Source: Salisapilia sapeloensis CBS 127946 (lineage: Eukaryota > Protista > Oomycota). Taken from it: a DNA stretch of 64,000 nucleotides. The notes beneath the pieces were generated by a model. That model did not search any database and was not told the origin of the DNA. It saw only the letters and a program-made list of their open reading frames with translations. Shown piece by piece: positions 53,326 through 64,000 of this stretch (position 1 is its first letter; each line of letters starts with the position of its first letter). A program made the position numbers and the translations under genes. Location: contig JAADVB010000046.1 of assembly GCA_023334545.1 (NCBI GenBank), forward strand, positions 30,849 to 94,848, given 5' to 3'.

Positions 53326-56232
53326 CTACTTTTTCTTGCCCTTGGGTTTCTTTTCCTTGGCGGCATGAAGACCTGGAGCAGATAGCTTCACCGGGCCGAC
53401 CATGCAGTTGATCAGTTCATTGTCTCCAATCGTCTTCATGAGCTCTCGTTGGACGATGAGCGGATCCACATCCGGCGTCTCTTCGTCTGCCTTCTCCTGC
53501 TCTTTGCTCCCTTCCTCCTCCGTCTTCTTCGGCTCCTTCTTCCTGTTCTTCTCTTCCTTTAGGTTGGATGACAAAAAGTATTCCATGGCCTGCTTTGCCG
53601 CCTTGCCCTTCTTCTGACTGCCAGGCAAAAGTTTCACCTTGTACTTGAACTTGTTCAGCGCAGCGTACGGAGCGCACATGGTCATGGCGCTGTGGACGAG
53701 GTCTAAAGGCGTCGGCTCTCCCGTGAACGCATCAAAGAACCCAGCGCTTTCGGCTTCTTCCTCCTGTTCCTCGAGGAACTGCTCCTTCTTGGCACGCTGT
53801 TCCTCAATATACTTTTCATCGACAACTTCCTTCTCCTTTTCCTTCTTCTCCTCCACTTCTTCCTTGGGCGCTTCCTCCAACTCTTCTACCTTTTCCATCT
53901 TGTGACCTAACGCCTCCATCCGCACACGCCGGTCTTCTTCATCCTGCTCGGCATACTTTTTCATCTTCTTCATCTTCCCCTTCTTACCTCTCGTCGACTT
54001 CTTCTTCTCTTCCTTAACCTGCGGTCTCCCCTTCTTCAGCTCTCGTCGCTCCTTTGCTGACAACTTTGTAGGAGGAGGTGGCGCACTCACGACAGTCTCT
54101 TGCTGTTCACTAGTCTCCACAGGCCGTTCGATGGCTTCTTCTTCGCTTCCTTCGTCCTCTCCGACAGGTTCCATCGGCGGCTGAGCTTCCACCGTCGGCA
54201 ATGAGCTCTGGTGGTTCTTTATGGAGCTCTCGTCGATACGGAAGACGATGCCAAGACCCATCTCGAGTCTCGAAGGATGGATGTAGTTCTTCTTCCCACG
54301 CACCATGAAGCTACCTGTGCTCAAGTACTCTCCGGCAGGTGCAGTCTTACTCACTTGCTCCGCATGCACCCAGTAGGCACTCGCCACTACCTGGCTATTC
54401 CAAGCACTTGACCGACAGACACTCATGCATCCAGCCTGCTCGATAGTGGACACTGGAATCGACAACTGAGCGTCTCGATTCCGGATGATACAAGTAGCTG
54501 CTCCGTGCATGTCTGCATGGACGTACAAGTCTCCTTTACGTAGGTATCTCTTGACCAGGAGCTCATTCTGATGCGCATCTTTACCTGCGACAACCAGATA
54601 CTTTTCACTCGACAGGAACCAATTGAACTTTTCAAACCAAAGAGGTTTGCGACGAGCAAAGATTGTCGTCTTCGTCATCTGGTGCTTAGCCACAGCCTGC
54701 TGCGTCTGCTTCTCGGCACGCTCGATCGCTTTATCCGTCGCACTTGTAGCTTTCTTCACCTTCTCACCAGCCTTTTTCTTTCGCGCATAAATCTCGCGCG
54801 CATTCGCTAGCGCCGACAAAGACAAGTCGATCCAGACTTCATGCGCAGCACTGTCTTCTTCATCCAACTCGCCTTCTTCGTCGCACAAGAGCACCGAGAT
54901 GCGATTACGAGCGAGATCCATCTGGTTGATTAGACTCGCCACCGGATTCCCATTCTTCTGCTCGTACTTGACTAACTCATGCAGAGCCGTCCAGTCCATG
55001 CCACTCGCCAAAGCGCTCCGAACGACTGCCAAGACGTTCTCCACGTCCTGCTGGTTCAGTTCCAGCAGAGCTGCTTGCGCCCAGCTACTCTCTTCTTCTT
55101 GTCGGAGCTGCTGTATCTGGTTCTGCTGGTTCTTCTTAAGCTTCTGGAGCTTCGTCTCGGCCTGCTGTTGCGCCTTGTTCTGGGCCTGATGCGCAGATTG
55201 AGCCTCGATTTTGGAAAAGTACTCGTCCACTGCTTCGTCAAAGGTAGAAAAGGACATGACGTGCTTGCCTTGGTGCTGGGCGTAGAGGAATGGCGCGAAC
55301 TCTTCATAGTCCGCTTCCGACTCGTCTTTCGTGATGATAAAGCCACAGTTGGTACGGTCAGTAGCACTACCTTCTCCTTCCAAGACACTATTCTGCTCTT
55401 CCTGCAGCTTGAGAAGGAGTTTGAACCCGTTCGAGAGCTCTGAGACGAGAGACGAAAGGGTGCTTCCACCCAAGTCGATCAAGTCCTGAGGACTTTTGAT
55501 CTTCATAGACGGCTTTAGGCCGCACGTGACGATGCAGTGCTCAATGAGCACAGGACCCAACTTTCCGAACGGCAGAGCACGGTTGAGTAAAAGCTGTTTG
55601 AGTGTCTGCTGGGATTTCTTCTTGCCCTGCTTGGACTCTTGCGGCAGGTCGTGGAAATACTTTTCCACCGTACGAACTAACTCTTCAGAAGAGATGTTTT
55701 GGAAGTCAGCCGTGGCATCTTCCAACACCTGAACAGGATACTGCTGCTTCACTGCGACTTTGACTTGGTCGTCGAAGCGATGCGTGCGCAGGAGAGATAA
55801 GATCGAGTAGTCTCCGTCCGTGAGGATAATGTTACCAGAGGCATACAACTCTAGAATTAAATGGCATTTGAGCTCGTCTGAGCCAAAAGTAAAGTCGATG
55901 ACACGGTCGCCCTGGAGCTGATCCAAGGATGTGAGTCGCTTGCCACGGAGATGCTTTCGCAGCTTCATGGTGAACTGGCTAGGGAGAGCAGATCGCCCAG
56001 ATGAAGCATCACGAGCATACTTGCTCGTGTGAAAGCGGACGCCGGATTCCAATAGCAAGAAGACTTTCGGGAACGGTGGCTGGTGCAGCTTGAACACGTA
56101 CGTCCGGGCGCTGCCTTTATTGTCTTTAGCTTGAGATATATCGTATATGTTGGTCACACGCATGGACCGGACACTCTTGCGAATGCTTCCGACCATGGCA
56201 TGGATGTCATCGATGGACATGCGCGTCTTCAT
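53326..56232 (-). CDS. NEMF: Ribosome quality-control factor NEMF/Rqc2
   Basis: MKTRMSIDDI...RVTNIYD, LLLESGVRFH, PSQFTMKLRKHLR, GDRVIDF, LILELYASGNIILTD, WFEKFNWFLSSEKYLVVAGKDAHQNELLVKRY, YVHADMHGA, GEYLSTGSFMVRGKKN, CAPYAAL..FKYKVKLLPG..KKGKA. Confidence 0.96.
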   Translation of the reverse strand: MKTRMSIDDIHAMVGSIRKSVRSMRVTNIYDISQAKDNKGSARTYVFKLHQPPFPKVFLLLESGVRFHTSKYARDASSGRSALPSQFTMKLRKHLRGKRLTSLDQLQGDRVIDFTFGSDELKCHLILELYASGNIILTDGDYSILSLLRTHRFDDQVKVAVKQQYPVQVLEDATADFQNISSEELVRTVEKYFHDLPQESKQGKKKSQQTLKQLLLNRALPFGKLGPVLIEHCIVTCGLKPSMKIKSPQDLIDLGGSTLSSLVSELSNGFKLLLKLQEEQNSVLEGEGSATDRTNCGFIITKDESEADYEEFAPFLYAQHQGKHVMSFSTFDEAVDEYFSKIEAQSAHQAQNKAQQQAETKLQKLKKNQQNQIQQLRQEEESSWAQAALLELNQQDVENVLAVVRSALASGMDWTALHELVKYEQKNGNPVASLINQMDLARNRISVLLCDEEGELDEEDSAAHEVWIDLSLSALANAREIYARKKKAGEKVKKATSATDKAIERAEKQTQQAVAKHQMTKTTIFARRKPLWFEKFNWFLSSEKYLVVAGKDAHQNELLVKRYLRKGDLYVHADMHGAATCIIRNRDAQLSIPVSTIEQAGCMSVCRSSAWNSQVVASAYWVHAEQVSKTAPAGEYLSTGSFMVRGKKNYIHPSRLEMGLGIVFRIDESSIKNHQSSLPTVEAQPPMEPVGEDEGSEEEAIERPVETSEQQETVVSAPPPPTKLSAKERRELKKGRPQVKEEKKKSTRGKKGKMKKMKKYAEQDEEDRRVRMEALGHKMEKVEELEEAPKEEVEEKKEKEKEVVDEKYIEEQRAKKEQFLEEQEEEAESAGFFDAFTGEPTPLDLVHSAMTMCAPYAALNKFKYKVKLLPGSQKKGKAAKQAMEYFLSSNLKEEKNRKKEPKKTEEEGSKEQEKADEETPDVDPLIVQRELMKTIGDNELINCMVGPVKLSAPGLHAAKEKKPKGKKK

Positions 56233-58179
56233 GATGTTAGTCGAGATCTACGTACAACAGTCGATCGACGTTTTCTTAGATGTTGTCAACTTTAATTTGA
56301 TTGGCTTGAGGTATAAACGTTTCAATTAATTAAATATTTACGACGGTACATATTCGGTACAAATGACACAAATATTTCCAAGCAATACTTGTGTTTCTGA
56401 ATTTTCTCCTCGCGAAATGCATTGAAGTGCCGTCAAGTGCAGGTGCGTGAAAATGAGCTGTGTGTCCCATTCCTGCGATTCAACTCTTGCTGAGATTGAA
56501 GCAGTTGTCCGGTGCATCTCGCAGAGATCGAATTCATCGACATACCAACATGTCCAATTCTGATCGGAAATCGATTCGTCCTTTGGAAGTGCGGTCGATA
56601 GCGAAGTGAAAAGTCTGGGGCTTTTATCAAATCCGGCAATGTAGCAAAGTGATTATAAACAAGTTATTGTCGATCGTACCAAATGTGTCCCTAGATGTCC
56701 AGCAAAAAGACTAAGAACGGGCGAGGTTGCTCTGTGTGGAAACTTCGACCATCCTCAAAGGCATACAGGCTATTGAAAAGAAGAGGTTTCTCTATGCATG
56801 CATTCCTTGAGCGGTTCATAAAGATGAGGAAGATATATATCGCACGGCAATAGACTTAAATGCTAGCAGCACTAAAGTCGAAATCGGGAGCGAGTGCATT
56901 GAAACGGCCACTAGTATCCATGAAGAGATTGAGTGCACGATCTACGACGTTGCCGCAACTAAGAGGGTGTCACAGTCACCAGGCGAACGCAGACACGCCA
57001 AAACTAGCATCAAATGGCTCAAGCATCAAATCAAAGGTATAGGGTACCTCTACTGCGATGACCAGGGGGCAAAAATTTGCTTACCCTGCATATGTCTGGA
57101 ATATCAGCAGGATAAAAATGATGAACCTCTACTGTATGCACGGAGATACCGTGAACGAATTCCAGGTATGGCTTTAAGATGGTATATGTCTACTAGAAAG
57201 AAACTTGGCGTTAATTGAAATCCTACTTGACGTTCGTTATTCTTTTTCTGGAGATGCGCGATTTAGATAGTGGACCACTGACCGGAGGGATAGGCTAGTA
57301 AATTGATACGTGTCGTGTATACCGGTATCCGAGCAGATGATCAGATGTCCATGAGCCTATGTTCACGACAAAGTTTATCGCGTCCTCTTCACAGTTGTGC
57401 CGACCGGTTTCAAACACATCGTGGAGGCAAGCAGGCACCTTTGCCACCAGAGCTTGAGCAATGCATTTAACTTAAAATTTTAACTTTCGTACTTGATTTG
57501 AGCGCAGTGGATGCATGTCACTAGTTTGAGGATTAGTTCGAGAGACTCAAATGTGTCGCCTGGACTAATATTCTAAATATACTTGCACTCGTCTTGCTTT
57601 ACCAAGTAATGGATGCGAACAAGATACTGTTGTCCAGGCGTGTTCGACGAATGGCGGAAATCTGTTGCCAAATTTCGTCGGGCTAATCCACGTCCAAGAT
57701 CGATTGACTACCAGCTTGTCGAATTGAAGCCTGCAGTTAAGCTCCATGGTCGATATTAGATGACGCGACCAGCCTAATCATGCGTTCGCGACAAGTCGTC
57801 AGCCATTTGGAATGTATTTTATAGCTCCTCGTGCATCCTAAGTCAGTTTCAACCCATGCCAGATGGCCTAGAATCCACGAACACGATTCTCCGATCTCTT
57901 TCTCGTCCTGTATTTCTTATACCGAAAACGAGTCGATGCTGTCTCTTGGCCATAGCCGAGCGGGTGAAGCCTGCTTTGTCTAGTGCTACTGACTCGCGCA
58001 ATTGTCGCAGTACGATGGCATGGTGAGTGCAAATAAACTATGGTGATCTATTTCTCAGATAGGTAGCAACACGCAGAGCCGGATTGTGTGATGGAAAGAG
58101 CCTTTCTATTCACACCGAGTGAGCAACCCTGCCTCTCCCTCTCAAGTATGATTCGTCTGTTTTCACTGTTGGTCTCGCG

Positions 58180-58193
58180 TCAATGCCAGTTTT
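58180..58193 (+). promoter_or_regulatory. Inr/FPR-like motif upstream of the YrhK-like gene
   Basis: TCAATGCCAGTTTT (TCA-N8-TTT), about 48 nt before the ATG at 58229. Confidence 0.4.
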
Positions 58194-58228
58194 CGTTTTC
58201 TTCCTACGAGATCAAGTCGATAGTCAAG

Positions 58229-59023
58229 ATGCCGGTCTCACCAAGTCACTACCACTCCATTTCGGAGGCACACGATGGCAAGATGACCTCGGACGGATAT
58301 TACCCATTAAACACTCGTGACAAGATTTTTGCAGCCTCGAAACCAATAATTTACCTCATTGGCTCCCTCCTCTTCCTTGCCGGCTCCGTCTGCTTCTACC
58401 CGCAGTACACGACCATGGCGGATGGCAAGGTCGGAGTCTTTGCCTCCTGGGCGTTCTTCTTTGGCTGTATCTGCTTCTTCGTCGGCGCAAACATGGACTT
58501 TATCGACTTCATTCGGTTTAATTCAGGGTCGGTCTATCGCCAAATTGCCAACGCCTACAATGCAATGATGTACGTCATGGCGTCCGCCATTTTCATCCTT
58601 GGCGCCGTCTACTTCTTGCCACAAGGATATGTCAACAACCCCTACATTGGTGCTTGGTCGTTCCTGCTCGGAAGTGTCCAGTTTTGCGTTGCGTCGCTCG
58701 CGGATCTGTACTTCATCTGCATCACCCACGAAGACCCTCGGGCGCAAGGCTTCCGACTTGGAAACCTTAAATGCTGGGGCACGCTCGTCGCACTTGGCAC
58801 GTTCTTTGGTGCCTTGATGTTTGTGATCGGCTCCTACTACTACCTTCCCCGGTTCTTGTTCTTGGAGGACGTGGATGAGGCGACTGCGTATGCCACCAAG
58901 TCCATTAACTTGTACACTTCTGGCTGTGTCTTCTTCATCATCAACGCCTTGGCCCAGATCCCAGACATGCTCGTGGAGCTCCGAAAGGGACGCACCGTGA
59001 AAGAAGTCTCTAGCAAAGTGTAA
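58229..59023 (+). CDS. Multi-pass membrane protein built from three YrhK-like helical-hairpin repeats
   Basis: Repeats IYLIGSLLFLAGSVCFYP / MYVMASAIFILGAVYFLP / TFFGALMFVIGSYYYLP, each followed by a second helix (WAFFFGCICFFV, WSFLLGSVQFCV, LYTSGCVFFII). Start taken at the first plausible ATG, 58229. Confidence 0.7.
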   Translation: MPVSPSHYHSISEAHDGKMTSDGYYPLNTRDKIFAASKPIIYLIGSLLFLAGSVCFYPQYTTMADGKVGVFASWAFFFGCICFFVGANMDFIDFIRFNSGSVYRQIANAYNAMMYVMASAIFILGAVYFLPQGYVNNPYIGAWSFLLGSVQFCVASLADLYFICITHEDPRAQGFRLGNLKCWGTLVALGTFFGALMFVIGSYYYLPRFLFLEDVDEATAYATKSINLYTSGCVFFIINALAQIPDMLVELRKGRTVKEVSSKV

Positions 59024-59947
59024 GCTCAGCTGCCTGTAAAGGACCAGATACTCGATAGAAGGAGTGCTGGTTGCTTGTATCGAAAAGCTTGGAATAAAAC
59101 GAAGAGAATGTTCGTAGTTGTGTATCTAAATGCGTTTGCCTGTACTACTATCGTAGTCCTTCGTCTCGATTGCTTACAAAGTTGCTTTGGAGGGTGAGTA
59201 TCCACAGACTTAAGTGAAGCCATGCTGAACCGTCAACCGAATCAAACACGAATTACCAAGAGCAATCGGCAGACTTTGGTCTAAGAGAAGTGGTAAGAAG
59301 AGGAAGATGTGCACGAGGGATTGGACACGTGGAAGGCGGACATCACCAATACTCAAAAATTTGACATGCCAGCTTTGTGCTGATGTACCATGGCGTGGGA
59401 TCCGGACAGAGGGTAATGGATTGAAAGCGTCATGTAGACAATAGATCCTGTCGCATTGGCTTCCAATGTTGTCGGTGTTGTGTATCTCTTCGGAAGAACT
59501 CTTCGTGGCAGTGATTGCATCTCAGAGGGCGTTCAATGCTTCATGAAGTGAAGCAGTCCCTTCTGGCGAGTACCACTGGCATGAGACTAGTCAAGCGGCC
59601 GTAAGATTTCATCTAGGTCATCGTCATCCAGCTCATCTCCATCGTTTCCACCAATCATCAAAGACTGGGTTTAGAACTCGGTTCATATCGAGCTTACGCG
59701 AAGACACCTTTCGTCTACAGTCATCGTAGCCATTTCGTTGCAACCTAAGCAGCATTAAGCAACTTCTTTTTTAACATGCACACAGCCACGAACGACTGGT
59801 ATTCCGTCAACTTCTCTACTACTATACGTCGTAGATTAAGCTTCGGCTAAATGTAATTCTAGCTGGTGTACCAACAAAGTACTACTGTACCATTTTGTAC
59901 CAGCACCCAACTGACGCAGCCCACAACCAACTACTGCGATACTCAGG

Positions 59948-61351
59948 ATGAGGTCAGCACTGCGCATGCTCGGACGGCAGTCACCTGTCTTGCACATTCC
60001 GTTCGGTGCAAAATTTTCGTCTGCCTCTAAGTTCAACGGGTTTAACGTCCACGCAAGAATTGTTGCTGCTTTGAATGAAAATGGCATCCACAAGCCGACA
60101 CCCATCCAGGCTAAGAGCATCAACGCTATCCTCAGCGGACAAAGTATGATGCTTTTACGACTCTATAACTCAAATACAACTAAAAATGCAACCTTTATTG
60201 TAGATGTACTCTGTGCAGCTCAGACGGGAACTGGCAAGACATTGGCATTCCTCGTCCCTTCGATCGAAAAGGTCATTCGCACAGAAGAATCGAGTACGCT
60301 GGACCCTGCAACGGTGAATTCTCGACCGCAAGTCGTGATCTTATTACCCAGCAGAGAACTAGCACTTCAGGTCGGATCCGTTGCCAAGCAGCTAGCTCAT
60401 ACAGCCAAGTTCGCTTCCTGCGTCATCACAAGTGGTGAACGCAAGAACATTCAGGTTCAAAAGCTTTCTCGTCGGGTGGACATACTTGTTGGCACGCCTG
60501 GTCGTATCGCCCACTGCATCAAGAACAACGAGTTCTTCCTTTCGAAAGTCCACACGGTCATCTTGGATGAAGCAGACACGTTGTTGGACGCTAGACGAGG
60601 CTTTCTGGAGGAGCTGGACAAGGTGCTGAAGCCGATCCAGAACAGCGCATCTAGACGAGGAGAATATATTCAGACGATACTGGCTGCTGCAACTGTACAG
60701 CCGAAGATCGAAAAAGTCATTCGAAAGAGTGTCGGTGACTTGAACGTCATCTCGGACGACAAGCTGCACCACCTGCCTGCCGCTTTGAAAGAGCGTTTCG
60801 TGCGCGTCGGTCGGGATGAAAAGCACCCGGCACTCCGCGACGCGCTGTCGACGAAACAGAAATCCATTGTCTTTTGTCGAGATGCAAGTAGCTGTCGATC
60901 CACAGAGCATACTTTACGTGAAAAGGGATACGAGGCCGTGAGTCTGCATGGTGAGATGCCACCTGCGAGACGTCACGAAGCGCTGGATGCGTTCCACGGT
61001 CCTGACGCCCAAGTTTTGGTGTGCACCGACTTGGCTGCTCGAGGTCTGCACTTTGACGCAGTGGACCATGTCATCCTGTTCGACTTTCCCCAGTCTGTCG
61101 TCGACTACGTCCACCGCGCCGGCCGTACTGGTCGCAACGGTGCTCCTGGACTCGTCACGAGTCTCATTACCAAGTACGACATGAAGCTCGCGAAGCAGAT
61201 CGAAGACGCCAAACGACAGCATCTACCGCTTGAAGATAGGCAGCCTACATACGAGAAACCAAAGGTCGACGTTATCAAGGCGAAGAAGCCGAGTCGCATC
61301 GGACGAGGCACCAAGAAGCTAAAGGCGCACAAGTTGCGTACCGAAAGATAA
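59948..61351 (+). CDS. DEAD-box RNA helicase, probably mitochondrial (DDX28-like); intron 60144-60203
   Basis: Transit-peptide-like N-terminus; Q motif PTPIQ; spliced NVLCAAQTGTGKT; LPSRELALQ, GTPGR, DEAD, AAT (motif III), TDLAARGL, HRAGRTGR. Confidence 0.88.
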   Translation: MRSALRMLGRQSPVLHIPFGAKFSSASKFNGFNVHARIVAALNENGIHKPTPIQAKSINAILSGQSMMLLRLYNSNTTKNATFIVDVLCAAQTGTGKTLAFLVPSIEKVIRTEESSTLDPATVNSRPQVVILLPSRELALQVGSVAKQLAHTAKFASCVITSGERKNIQVQKLSRRVDILVGTPGRIAHCIKNNEFFLSKVHTVILDEADTLLDARRGFLEELDKVLKPIQNSASRRGEYIQTILAAATVQPKIEKVIRKSVGDLNVISDDKLHHLPAALKERFVRVGRDEKHPALRDALSTKQKSIVFCRDASSCRSTEHTLREKGYEAVSLHGEMPPARRHEALDAFHGPDAQVLVCTDLAARGLHFDAVDHVILFDFPQSVVDYVHRAGRTGRNGAPGLVTSLITKYDMKLAKQIEDAKRQHLPLEDRQPTYEKPKVDVIKAKKPSRIGRGTKKLKAHKLRTER

Positions 61352-61383
61352 GAAGAAATCTATTCCACCACCACATCTCGTAT

Positions 61384-63660
<2,277 letters not shown>

Positions 63661-64000
63661 TTATGATACACGCCTGTTGGATCATTTTCGCTTTCTGCCC
63701 AGAAATCATATTCTAAAACCTAAAACCTCATATCTCGAAATCACAATGGAAATTTGGAATGTGAAGAGTCTATTTGAAAGTAAGCCGACAAGCTGAAAAG
63801 CAAAGCGCCGCTGAGGGCTATTCGATTTAGTAAATGTATAAAGTATCATCATACGACTTTCATCAATGTTTCCACTTGCTTTTGCATCCTGCCAACATCT
63901 ATTTATAGGATGGCAGTGCGGATATCAGCAAAAGTGAAGCTCCTGTAGCGATTGCCAGTAAAATGGTAACTCAGCAGCAAGTAAGGGAGCCGCGCATTGC

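Noticed and set aside
59230-59740. Minus-strand protein-like fragments (DELDDDDLDEILRPLD*, ASLHEALNAL*DAITATK)
   Set aside because: Stops and frameshifts prevent a coherent model and no family was recognised; at most a relic.

Overview
Eukaryotic nuclear DNA, almost certainly an oomycete. Evidence: an elicitin-like gene with the family Cys spacing, oomycete-type Inr/FPR core-promoter motifs, the flagellar radial-spoke gene RSPH9, and short GT-AG introns (52-83 nt). About 30 protein-coding genes are present; several are spliced, so the ORF track splits or mis-starts them, and it misses ALG9, which runs off the left edge. Most of the window is tightly packed housekeeping genes: ALG9, amidophosphoribosyltransferase, exportin-2, CSN4, LSm3, AIR-like Zn-knuckle, TRPC4AP, TFIIH p62, PRP6, ACAD9, SDP1-type lipase, NEMF, DEAD-box helicase and PRP43. 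Many pairs are divergent or convergent with gaps of only 32-200 bp. A looser, AT-rich stretch at 6.2-19 kb carries three secreted proteins, two of which look like catalytically dead enzymes (an LPMO-like protein without the N-terminal His, and a trypsin fold with Ser->Ala). The most notable item is a stand-alone Dicer N-terminal module (DExD/H helicase plus DUF283 dsRNA-binding fold) with no PAZ or RNase III domains and no room for them. Also notable are a fungal FCY2-type purine permease and an unnamed three-copy repeat in a 1768-aa IQ protein. No tRNA, rRNA, CRISPR array or intact transposon was recognised. Family assignments are from motif recognition by eye, not database searches.
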